From an uncultured bacterium (lineage in GTDB: Bacteria > Eisenbacteria > RBG-16-71-46), in NCBI GenBank assembly GCA_964609125.1, contig CAZSQX010000006.1, positions 13,016-77,015 of the forward strand: a stretch of DNA of 64,000 nucleotides. The letters run 5' to 3'. The translations under genes were made by a program, and so were the position numbers. Of the stretch, positions 52,079 to 60,198 are shown piece after piece; position 1 is the stretch's first letter, and every line of letters starts with the position of its first letter. The notes below the pieces were generated by a model, which made no database searches, was not told where the DNA came from, and was given only the letters and a program-made list of their open reading frames with translations.

Positions 52079-52645
52079 ATGTCACGCACCACGGTCCGCT
52101 CCGCCATCCTGCTCGGCACGCTGTCCATGCTCCTCACCGGCTGCGGCCGCGATCCCGTCTCGCCCCAGCTGACGCTGCCGGGGCAGCCCGGCGCCGGCGG
52201 CTACGGCGGCACGCAGACCGAGGATCCGCCCGCGCCCGTCGAGCCCCAGGCCGGCGCCGGCGCCGAGCTGCTCGTCGCGGCGAACGGCGAGGGATCCGTC
52301 CGCGTCGGCCGGTTCTCGCTCAAGGTGCACAAGAACTCGCTGCGGCACGCGGCCACCATCACGCTCACCGTCTCCGATCCCGCCTCGATGCAGGTGGCCA
52401 TCCAGGTCACCCCCGCGGAGGCGAACGACTTCCAGGTCCCGCTCGAGCTGGTCGCCGACCTGTCGGATCGCCCCGACCTGAACCTCGACAACCAGACCAT
52501 CTACTGGTGGGACGGGGACTGGCAGGCCGCGAATGACGTGACCGTGCAGCGGGGCTCGAAGTCCCTGAAGGCGCGGACCCAGACACTCATGAGCGCGAAG
52601 GTGGACCTGCTCGCGCCGGCTCAGAAGGAAACGGAGAGGGAGTAG
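52079..52645 (+). CDS. Hypothetical lipoprotein
   Basis: Lipobox LLTGC, Pro/Gly linker, beta-rich C-terminal domain. Confidence 0.75.
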   Translation: MSRTTVRSAILLGTLSMLLTGCGRDPVSPQLTLPGQPGAGGYGGTQTEDPPAPVEPQAGAGAELLVAANGEGSVRVGRFSLKVHKNSLRHAATITLTVSDPASMQVAIQVTPAEANDFQVPLELVADLSDRPDLNLDNQTIYWWDGDWQAANDVTVQRGSKSLKARTQTLMSAKVDLLAPAQKETERE

Positions 52646-52684
52646 CAGGGGTTCGGCAGGACGCCGAGAGGGGGGTGAACGAAC

Positions 52685-52710
52685 GGCGCCGGTCCTCGGG
52701 GACCGGCGCC
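52685..52710. terminator. Hairpin between convergent lipoprotein and fhs genes
   Basis: 11-bp stem GGCGCCGGTCC/GGACCGGCGCC with TCGG loop, then TTCCATTC. Confidence 0.7.
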
Positions 52711-52762
52711 TTCCATTCACAGGTCCGCGCCGCCCCGCGGCGCGGCGCACCGCGGGCGCGCT

Positions 52763-54388
52763 TCACCGGTGCACGATCTCGCCCACGTCCGTCAGGTCGA
52801 AGCGCCACGCCAGCGGCTCCCGCGGCAGGCCCGGCATGCGCATGATCTCGCCCGTGATCGGGATCACGAAGCCCGCGCCGGCGGCGAGCTGGATCTCGCG
52901 CACCGTCACCAGGAAGTCCTTCGGCCGTCCGAGCAGCGCCGGGTTGTCCGACAGAGACTGCTGCGTCTTCGCGATGCACACCGGGAGCTTGCCGAAGCCC
53001 GACTTCTCGAGCTGGTCGCGGTCGCGCTTCGCCCTCGCCGTGTAGTCCACGGCCTGCGCCCCGTACATCTCGTGCGCGACGACGCGGATCTTCTCCTCGA
53101 TGGACGAGTTCCAGTCGTAGAGCGGCCGGAAGTGCGGCTCGTGCGCCGCCACCTTCTCGCGCACGACCTCGGCCAGCGCCGTGCAGCCCCTGCCGCCGTC
53201 GGCGAAGCCGCGGTGCTCCACCGCGGGCAGCCCCATCGCCTCGCAGTGCCTCCTGAGCGTCTCCACCTCCTCCGCCGTGTCGGAGGGGAAGTGGTTGATC
53301 GCCACCACGCACGGCTGCTCGAACTTCGCGATGTTCTCCAGGTGCTTCTCCATGTTCGAGAACCCGCGCAGCATCGCGCGCACGTCCGGCTGGTTCACGT
53401 CCGCCACCCGCACGCCGCCGTGCATCTTGAGCGCGCGGATCGTGGCCACCAGCACCGTGCACACCGGCGCGAAGCCGCCGTAGCGGCAGTTGATGTCGAA
53501 GAACTTCTCCGCCCCCAGCTCGAACGCGAAGCCGGCCTCGGTCACCACGACGTCGGCGTGGGCGAGCGCCGCGCGCGTGGCCACGATGCTGTTCGTGCCG
53601 TGCGCGATGTTCGCGAACGGCCCGCCGTGCACGAACGCCGGAACGCCCTCCGTGGTCTGGACGAGGTTCGGCTTCACGGCGTCCCGGAGCAGCGCCGCCA
53701 TGGCGCCCACCGCCTGGAGGTCCGCCGCGGTCACCGGCGTGCCGTCCGAGCGGTAGCCCACCACGATCCGCCCGAGCCGGGCCTTCAGGTCCGGGATCCC
53801 GGTGGCGAGGCAGAGCACCGCCATCACCTCGCTGGCCGCGGTGATGTCGAAGCCCGTCTCGCGCGGGATGCCCTCGGTGCGCCCGCCGAGGCCGATGAGG
53901 ATGTCGCGCAGCGCACGGTCGTTCATGTCCACGACGCGCTTCCAGGTGACGCGGCGCGGGTCGAGCCCGGCGGCGTTGTCGAAGTGGAGCGCGTTGTCCA
54001 CGAGCGCCGCCAGCAGGTTGTGCGCGCTCGAGACGGCGTGGAAGTCGCCGTTGAAGTGCATGTTGACGTCGTCCACCGGCAGGACCTCGCACGCCCCGCC
54101 GCCCGCGCCGCCGCCCTTCATCCCGAACGTGGGCCCCAGGCTCGGCTCGCGCAGCGCCACGGCGCTCCTCACGCCGATCCTGGACAGCCCCTGCGCGAGG
54201 CCGATGCTGGTGGTGGTCTTCCCCTCGCCCGCGGGCGTGGGGGTGATGGCGGAGACCAGCACCAGCTTGCCCCTGCGCGGGCGGTCCCGGAACGCCTCCA
54301 GCGCCACCTTCGCCTTCCACCGCCCGTACGGCTCGACGTGCTCCGGCGCGATGCCGAGCGCGCCCGCGACCTCGAGGATGGGTCTCAT
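52763..54388 (-). CDS. fhs: Formate--tetrahydrofolate ligase
   Basis: ITPTPAGEGKTTT, LREPSLGPTFG, MHFNGDFHAV, ETGFDITAASEVMA, HGGPFANIAHG, TEAGF, GEIMRMPGL. Confidence 0.97.
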   Translation of the reverse strand: MRPILEVAGALGIAPEHVEPYGRWKAKVALEAFRDRPRRGKLVLVSAITPTPAGEGKTTTSIGLAQGLSRIGVRSAVALREPSLGPTFGMKGGGAGGGACEVLPVDDVNMHFNGDFHAVSSAHNLLAALVDNALHFDNAAGLDPRRVTWKRVVDMNDRALRDILIGLGGRTEGIPRETGFDITAASEVMAVLCLATGIPDLKARLGRIVVGYRSDGTPVTAADLQAVGAMAALLRDAVKPNLVQTTEGVPAFVHGGPFANIAHGTNSIVATRAALAHADVVVTEAGFAFELGAEKFFDINCRYGGFAPVCTVLVATIRALKMHGGVRVADVNQPDVRAMLRGFSNMEKHLENIAKFEQPCVVAINHFPSDTAEEVETLRRHCEAMGLPAVEHRGFADGGRGCTALAEVVREKVAAHEPHFRPLYDWNSSIEEKIRVVAHEMYGAQAVDYTARAKRDRDQLEKSGFGKLPVCIAKTQQSLSDNPALLGRPKDFLVTVREIQLAAGAGFVIPITGEIMRMPGLPREPLAWRFDLTDVGEIVHR

Positions 54389-54443
54389 GGTGCCGCACTA
54401 TAGGGCGCGCGAATCCATCGCGCGAGCCCGACGCCCGGCGGCT

Positions 54444-55697
54444 TCAGGCGCGTCGCGTGTGGCGCAGCGCCAGCGCGAGCAGGTCGTCGGCGGGCACCGC
54501 ATGCCCGCTCCGTTCCAGCGCGACCGACGTGGCGCGCCGGACCTGTTCCTCGACGGGTTCGCGCCGGTGCTGGAGCAGCTCCTCGGCGACCAACTCTTCC
54601 GTCCAGACGTGGTGGCCCGAAGCCGCCGCCAGCACCGCGTCACTCAGGACCACACACAGGTCTCCCGGCATCATCCGCAGGGAGGTCTCGGCGTACTCGC
54701 CGGAGTAGCGGGCCGTACCGAGCGGCGGCCCACCCTCCGGCCAGCGCTGCCAACGGTGTCCTTCGAACGGGAGCCAGAAGGGCGGCGGGTAGCCCGCGGC
54801 GCACGAGCGTATCTCCCCGCGAGGGGTGAGCCTGCCCAGCCAGGCGCGACTGGCCCTGCCCGGAGAATGCTCGCGCACGACGGCGTTCAGGCCCTCGGCG
54901 AGCGCGCTCATGCTGGCGCCGTCCGGGGCGAGCGCGAGAAACGCTCCGCACAGCCGATCGGCGAGCGGGATCGCGATCGCGGCGGGTCCGAACGGCTCCG
55001 CGAGCAGGATCGTGATGGAGCCGTCGCCGTGCGCGACGTGCTCGCACCGGTCCGGTGCGTCGGAGGTCCCCTCGACCAGCGAGAGCGCGACGTCCCCCGA
55101 CACCGCCCGCGGCCAGTCGGCGACCGGGGGGCGCGCCGTCAACCTCCTCCACCCGGCCCGTGCCGCGGCCAGGTCCAGCATCCGTTCGAGGATCGCACCC
55201 ATGGCCGCGCCGGTCAGCTCGACGGAAGCCATCTCCTCGGGCGTGAAGCGGGGAGCGGGCTCGATGCGCGACAGGCTGAGGACGCCCATCGGGCCTCGGC
55301 GGCCGAGGATCGGCACGCACATGGCGCTTGAGAGGTGATCCGCGGCGGCGCTCGCCTGGAAGCGCGCGTCGCGGACCTCGCCGTGGATGAGGATGGCTTT
55401 GCACTCCCGCATGACGTGATCGGAGATCTGCCGGCGCCCTGGCAGGGGCGCTCCGGCCGGCAGTGGGGGGAGCCCCATCCCGGCCAGCAGGCGCAGCGCG
55501 CCACTCTCCGCGTCGCGCACCAGGATCGAGCCGCGCGTGGCGCCCACCGAACCCGCAAGCAGAGCCAGCAGGCCCCGTGCGGCGCGGCCCGCATCGGACG
55601 CGAGTTCGATGCGCCGGGCCCAGTCGGCGATCCCGGCCACGACCGCGGCCGGCGCGAGCGTGGGCGTCGGGCCGTCGCCGGGCCCCGGCAGGTTCAC
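54444..55697 (-). CDS. GAF + SpoIIE/PP2C-like protein with degenerate metal site
   Basis: GAF (SAMCVPI..GVLSLSR); SpoIIE-like CAAGYPPPF, GGPPLG, MMPGD..VVLSDA, DDLLAL; DVSGHG motif replaced by EPFGPA; GTGA overlap with FlaF-like gene. Confidence 0.78.
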   Translation of the reverse strand: MNLPGPGDGPTPTLAPAAVVAGIADWARRIELASDAGRAARGLLALLAGSVGATRGSILVRDAESGALRLLAGMGLPPLPAGAPLPGRRQISDHVMRECKAILIHGEVRDARFQASAAADHLSSAMCVPILGRRGPMGVLSLSRIEPAPRFTPEEMASVELTGAAMGAILERMLDLAAARAGWRRLTARPPVADWPRAVSGDVALSLVEGTSDAPDRCEHVAHGDGSITILLAEPFGPAAIAIPLADRLCGAFLALAPDGASMSALAEGLNAVVREHSPGRASRAWLGRLTPRGEIRSCAAGYPPPFWLPFEGHRWQRWPEGGPPLGTARYSGEYAETSLRMMPGDLCVVLSDAVLAAASGHHVWTEELVAEELLQHRREPVEEQVRRATSVALERSGHAVPADDLLALALRHTRRA

Positions 55698-56137
55698 GCG
55701 ACGTCCTTCCGATCCGAGCGTCGGCCTCGGGACTCGTTCTGCGGCGTCGCGAGCAACACCGCGATGCCCCGGTCGATCTCGATCATGGCGCGCAGACGCG
55801 AGGGCTCGGGACGCTCGAGCACCTCGGCGGTCCACAGGTCGATGAACCGGGCCAGGCGAAGCAGGTCCTCGGCGAGCCCGGGTGGAAGCGCGGAGAGCGA
55901 TTCCTCGAAATCGACCTCGAGCGATGCCCAGAGCGCGACGTGCCGGTGCAGGGCTCGCGCGAGGCGCGCGGAGTGTCCAGCCCGATCCCAACCCGCGACG
56001 CAGGCCTCGAGACCTCGAACGGCGGTGCGGAAGCGTGCGCTGGCGGAAGGCGCTCCGGATGCCGCATCCGGGACGGCCGATCCTGGTGGGACACCCGCGG
56101 GTACCGGATTCGGATCCGCACGACGGACGCTGCACAT
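55694..56137 (-). CDS. FlaF-like protein
   Basis: ALHRHVALW, LP..LAEDLLRLARFI, LRAMIEIDRGIA..L match the FlaF pattern (AL..N..LW, LP..LR..L..L..F, LI.IN..IA.GL); start uncertain. Confidence 0.7.
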   Translation of the reverse strand: MCSVRRADPNPVPAGVPPGSAVPDAASGAPSASARFRTAVRGLEACVAGWDRAGHSARLARALHRHVALWASLEVDFEESLSALPPGLAEDLLRLARFIDLWTAEVLERPEPSRLRAMIEIDRGIAVLLATPQNESRGRRSDRKDVA

Positions 56138-56208
56138 GGTGTGAGTGGCCCCGGCCGGCGAAAGGGTCGCGATGGGTGAGGCGTGGCGCCGGGCCGAGGG
56201 GAGCCCGC

Positions 56209-56273
56209 CGAGAGGTCCTCCCGGGAGGACCTCTCGTGGCGTGGAACGACCTCGGCCCGATGGCCGAGGTCGT
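56209..56273. repeat. Two adjacent inverted repeats in the FlaF-like leader
   Basis: Perfect 28-bp palindrome CGAGAGGTCCTCCCGGGAGGACCTCTCG (56209-56236) and 12-bp stem ACGACCTCGGCC/GGCCGAGGTCGT with 4-nt loop (56246-56273). Confidence 0.9.
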
Positions 56274-56362
56274 GCACGAGCCGCGGCGCGGGACTCCGGG
56301 CCATCCTCCCGGCGCCCCTCGCGGCCGCTCGCCCTCGACTTCCGACGTCCGCGACCGCTCAC

Positions 56363-56377
56363 GCAAGCCCAATGCCA
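56363..56377 (-). promoter_or_regulatory. Sigma-54 promoter of the FlaF-like/PP2C-like operon
   Basis: Minus strand TGGCATT-GGGC-TTGC. Confidence 0.75.
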
Positions 56378-56484
56378 TCGAACCAGGGCCCGGGCTCGCG
56401 CCCGTTCGTCCCCGGCTGGCGCGGGCCGACGCGCGTGTCGTCGCCGCGCAGGCGGGTCGGTCGTGCGGCGGCCGGAAGGAACGA

Positions 56485-56522
56485 CCGGAAATCTCTTCCG
56501 GCGGACCGGCAGGATGTTCCGG
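56485..56522. promoter_or_regulatory. Tandem candidate upstream activator sequences
   Basis: CCGGAA-N5-TTCCGG (56485-56501) and CCGGCA-N5-TTCCGG (56506-56522), 21 bp apart, about 110-145 bp upstream of the sigma-54 promoter. Confidence 0.6.
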
Positions 56523-56523
56523 T

Positions 56524-57897
56524 TCACCCTGCGCGCAGCTTGTTCCGCAACGTTCGGTCGCTGATACCGAGAAGCTGCGCGGCTCGCAACCTGTGGCCTC
56601 CGGTCTGCTTCAGCGCACGCCAGATCGCCATGCGCTCGAGGTGCTGGAGGTTGAGTGACTCGGTCTCGGGTTCCCCACCCGGATCCGGCGCGGACGGCCC
56701 GACCGCCCGGGACTTCTCCCCTGCCGCTTCGGGCGCGCCCCGCACGGCGAGCAACTCGGGCCCGATCCGCCCGCCCCGGCACAGGATCAGGGCGCGCTCG
56801 ATCGCATTCCGGAGCTCCCGGACGTTGCCCGGCCAGTGCTGCGCCTGGAGCCAGGCGAGCGACTCCGACGGGAGCACCGGGGGCCGGATGCCGAGCTGCC
56901 CGGACAGCGACCGGACGAAGTGCTCGGCCAGCTCCGGGATGTCCTCGGCGCGTTCTCGAAGCGCGGGGGTGCGGATCGGGACCACGTGCAGGCGATGGTA
57001 GAGGTCGCGACGGAAGCGCCCACCCTCCACGTCCCCGCGCAGGTCCCGGTTCGTGGTGGCGATCAGTCGTACGTCCACGTGAATCGGCTGGTGGCCGCCG
57101 ACGCGCTCGAACTCCTGTTCCTGGAGCACGCGAAGCAACTTTCCCTGAAGGTCCAGTCGCATCTCGGAGATCTCGTCCAGGAGCAGCGTTCCACGATGCG
57201 CCCGCTCGAACGCGCCGGCCGCACGCGAGGTCGCGCCCGTGAACGCGCCGCGCTCATGGCCGAACATCGTGCTCTCCACCAGCCCTTCGGGGAGGGCGGC
57301 GCAGTTCACGGAGACGAATGGCTGCCCGGCGCGCGGCGAAAGGTCATGAATCGCGCGCGCGACGAGTTCCTTCCCGGTGCCGGATTCACCCTGGAGCAGC
57401 ACCGTGGACCGCGTCGGCGCCACGCTCCGGACCACCTCCATGACCGCGTGGAGCGCCGCGCTCCGGCCCACGAGCATGCGCGAATCGCCGAGGCTCCGGA
57501 GTTCGCGCTGGCAGCCCTCGTTCAGTCGGCGCATGCGGTCGAGCTCGATCGCCTTCGTGACCGCGAGCCGCACGGCCTCCGCGCGGAGCGGCTTGGTGAG
57601 GTAGTCGGCCGCGCCGTGGCGAAGGCTGGAGACGGCCTGCTCCTCGTCGGGATAGGCCGAGATCACGATGACGGGCACATCCAGGCCGTCGCGGCGCAGC
57701 GCGCCGAGCAGGTCGAGGCCCGTGCCGTCGGGCAGCTGCTGCGCCGAGATGACCAGATCGACCGGATCGCGCGCGACCGTCGCGAGGGCGGACTCGACGC
57801 TGGCCGCGAACATGGGGTGATGACCCATCCCCCGCAGCGCCTGGTCGAGCCGCCCGGTGACCGAGACCTCGTCGTCGACGCAGAGGATCGTGGACAT
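56524..57897 (-). CDS. NtrC-type sigma-54 enhancer-binding protein with Asp-less receiver
   Basis: ILCVDDE receiver with DLVISA (Ala at phosphoacceptor site); [40 protein letters not shown], Fis HTH. Confidence 0.95.
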   Translation of the reverse strand: MSTILCVDDEVSVTGRLDQALRGMGHHPMFAASVESALATVARDPVDLVISAQQLPDGTGLDLLGALRRDGLDVPVIVISAYPDEEQAVSSLRHGAADYLTKPLRAEAVRLAVTKAIELDRMRRLNEGCQRELRSLGDSRMLVGRSAALHAVMEVVRSVAPTRSTVLLQGESGTGKELVARAIHDLSPRAGQPFVSVNCAALPEGLVESTMFGHERGAFTGATSRAAGAFERAHRGTLLLDEISEMRLDLQGKLLRVLQEQEFERVGGHQPIHVDVRLIATTNRDLRGDVEGGRFRRDLYHRLHVVPIRTPALRERAEDIPELAEHFVRSLSGQLGIRPPVLPSESLAWLQAQHWPGNVRELRNAIERALILCRGGRIGPELLAVRGAPEAAGEKSRAVGPSAPDPGGEPETESLNLQHLERMAIWRALKQTGGHRLRAAQLLGISDRTLRNKLRAG

Positions 57898-57992
57898 GGG
57901 CCATCCGTGGCGTGGGGCACCCGACTCTCCGGTCGGTCGTGGCGCTTCCGCAGCGGCCGTGTCGACGTGGCCGATGCGCGACGGCATCCACC

Positions 57993-58007
57993 GCAACGGC
58001 CGTGCCA
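57993..58007 (-). promoter_or_regulatory. Sigma-54 promoter of the NtrC-type bEBP gene
   Basis: Minus strand TGGCACG-GCCG-TTGC, exact consensus; 95 nt before ATG 57897. Confidence 0.85.
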
Positions 58008-58156
58008 GCCATCGATGAAGTCGGTTTCCCGGTACCAGGATGGGCGACAAGCCTGTCAACCCGAACGACTGCAACATGCCCGGGGCCTGGCTCCGATCCG
58101 CAGACCGCCTGGAGGGAGAGCTCCGTCCGCGACCGCGAGCGACGACCGCACGGACT

Positions 58157-58172
58157 CGGAATCCGGATTCCG
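58157..58172. promoter_or_regulatory. 16-bp perfect palindrome, candidate enhancer
   Basis: CGGAATCCGGATTCCG about 150 bp upstream of the 57993-58007 promoter. Confidence 0.45.
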
Positions 58173-58194
58173 GAATCGGGCCGACTCGCGGTCG

Positions 58195-59514
58195 TCACGC
58201 GTCGGGCCCGCGCCGCGCTTGTGTCGCCGCGCGGGGCGACGCGAGGCCGAGTGCCCGAAGCTTCTGGTAGAGCGTGCTGCGCGGGACGCCGAGCCGCCGC
58301 GAGGCGCGACCGACGTGGCCGAGTTCCTGCTCGAGAACGGACTCGATGTAGGCGCGCTCCACCTCCTCCAGCGTGCCGCCATGGACAGGACGCGGGGGCG
58401 GCTGCGGCCCTGCGAACGACAAATGCCGGAGCTCGATCGGCCCGACTCCCGCCGAGAGCAGCGCACGCTCCAGCTCGTTCCGCAGTTCACGCAGGTTGCC
58501 GGGCCAGGGGTGGCGGAGCAGTGCCCGCTCGGCCTCCGCCGTGAGCGTGGTCTCCGGCCGATCGAGGTCCTCGCACAACGTGGCGAGGATCTGGCGCGCG
58601 AGCAGCGGGATGTCCGGGCGGCGCGCCTGAAGCGCCGGCATGCGAAGGGGGAGGACCCCGACGCGATAGTAGAGGTCCTCCCGGAATCGTCCCTCGCGCA
58701 CCGCCCGCGCCAGGTCCTGGCGCGTGGCCGCGATGATGCGCACGTCCACTCGAAGTTCGCGGGTGTCGCCGATCCGCCGGAAGCGCTGTTCCTCGATCAC
58801 CTTGAGGAGCTTGGCCTGGACCGCAGGCTCCATGTCGCCGATCTCGTCGAGGAACAGCGTTCCGCCATCGGCCACCTCGAGCAGGCCGCGTTTGGAGCTG
58901 GTGGCGCCGGTGAAGGCCCCCCGCTCGTGACCGAAGAGCTCCGATTCGAGCAGCTCGCGCGAGAGGCCGGCGCAGTTGAGGTCGAGGAACGGCGAATCGC
59001 AGCGCGGCCCATGTCGGTGGAGCCACGCCGCGAGCACGCTCTTTCCGGTGCCGGTCTCGCCCTCGATGAGCACGGGGCTTGCCGAGACCAGCGCCTTGAG
59101 CGCGTCGCGCGACGCCCGCTGGATCGCGGGGCTCTCGCCGAGGAACGGATAGGGAGGCGTTCGCTGCCGCGGCCCCGCCGGCGTGCGCGGAGCATCGGCG
59201 GCCGATGCGCCGTTCGCGCGCGCAGGGAGCATGTGGACGGCGGGGAGGGCCGCCAGGAGACCCGTATCCGGGTCATCGCCGTCCGTCGCGGCGACCGGAA
59301 GCAGGAGGATGGGGATCTCCCTCGCTCCGGCTTGCGCCCACGCGGCGCGGAACTCGGGCGTATCCTCGACCAGCGAGCGCGAGAGCACGACGAGCCGGGG
59401 CCGGATGCCACCCAGTTCCCGCAAGGCGTCGTTCGCCACCTCGGCGAACACCAGCTCGTAGCCGAGCGAGCTCAGCATCGTCGCCAGCTGATCGCGATAT
59501 TCGGACCTTGGCAT
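58195..59514 (-). CDS. Sigma-54 enhancer-binding protein with degenerate receiver-like N-domain
   Basis: [56 protein letters not shown]; N-domain has VVLSRS and no phosphoacceptor Asp. Confidence 0.93.
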   Translation of the reverse strand: MPRSEYRDQLATMLSSLGYELVFAEVANDALRELGGIRPRLVVLSRSLVEDTPEFRAAWAQAGAREIPILLLPVAATDGDDPDTGLLAALPAVHMLPARANGASAADAPRTPAGPRQRTPPYPFLGESPAIQRASRDALKALVSASPVLIEGETGTGKSVLAAWLHRHGPRCDSPFLDLNCAGLSRELLESELFGHERGAFTGATSSKRGLLEVADGGTLFLDEIGDMEPAVQAKLLKVIEEQRFRRIGDTRELRVDVRIIAATRQDLARAVREGRFREDLYYRVGVLPLRMPALQARRPDIPLLARQILATLCEDLDRPETTLTAEAERALLRHPWPGNLRELRNELERALLSAGVGPIELRHLSFAGPQPPPRPVHGGTLEEVERAYIESVLEQELGHVGRASRRLGVPRSTLYQKLRALGLASPRAATQARRGPDA

Positions 59515-59671
59515 GGCGAGCAGCGCGCGCGTGGGCTTCAGGGCGGACCCTCCACGACGCGCGCCACCCGGGTCGCCGCCGCGTACCCACGGCGGACAGG
59601 TCGGGGCGGGGAAACGAAGTCACTCCCCCGGATGAGCTCCGCTCCCGCCCCGTGGCGGTTCATGCGACGGG

Positions 59672-59950
59672 CTACCGGATGAAGCGGATCAGGATCCGGT
59701 AGTCGGCGAGAGCGAAGCGGAGTCGCGCCGGAGCCTGCGTCCGCGTGCCGAGCGACGGCAGGCGGCGGTCGGTGACGCGTTCGCCGCGCTGGAATCGGGT
59801 CACGCGGGTCGGGGTGGGGGCGCTCTCCCCAACCGGGGCCAGCGCGTTGCCGCCCGACATGCCGGGCGAGACCTGCGCGTGCGACGGCATCGCGATCGTG
59901 ACGATGAAGGCCAGGGCGAAGAACGGGGCGAGAAGAATCGTGCGGCGCAT
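59672..59950 (-). CDS. Small exported protein, 92 aa
   Basis: GGAGG SD, signal peptide MRRTILLAPFFALAFIVTIAMPSHA|Q, basic amphipathic C-terminus. Confidence 0.7.
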   Translation of the reverse strand: MRRTILLAPFFALAFIVTIAMPSHAQVSPGMSGGNALAPVGESAPTPTRVTRFQRGERVTDRRLPSLGTRTQAPARLRFALADYRILIRFIR

Positions 59951-60005
59951 GTTTGCCTCCCTTCTGAAACCGGTTGGTCGGCGGATACCGACCCACCCGG
60001 ACATC

Positions 60006-60020
60006 GCGAGAGGCGTGCCC
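60006..60020 (-). promoter_or_regulatory. Putative sigma-54 promoter of the small exported protein
   Basis: Minus strand GGGCACG-CCTC-TCGC, GG and GC correctly spaced; 55 nt before ATG 59950. Confidence 0.55.
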
Positions 60021-60198
60021 GCGTCGAGCCTGAGGGGGGCATGCTCGCAGTGTGCTGCGCCGCATGGGGTTGGGTGGGCGCACGGGCGCCGGGTCCGCCC
60101 GCAGGGCCAGACGTTCGACTCGTCGATTATGGCGAGCCGTGAGGCGGGGAGGCTTCAGAGTCGCAAGGCGCCCAACGGATTAGCGCCAGCAGGCTGGT

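Noticed and set aside
56461-56490. CCGGAAGGAA resembling the SRP RNA loop
   Set aside because: Flanks do not match CAGGUCCGGAAGGAAGCAG and no long SRP helix forms; the region is better explained by UAS boxes
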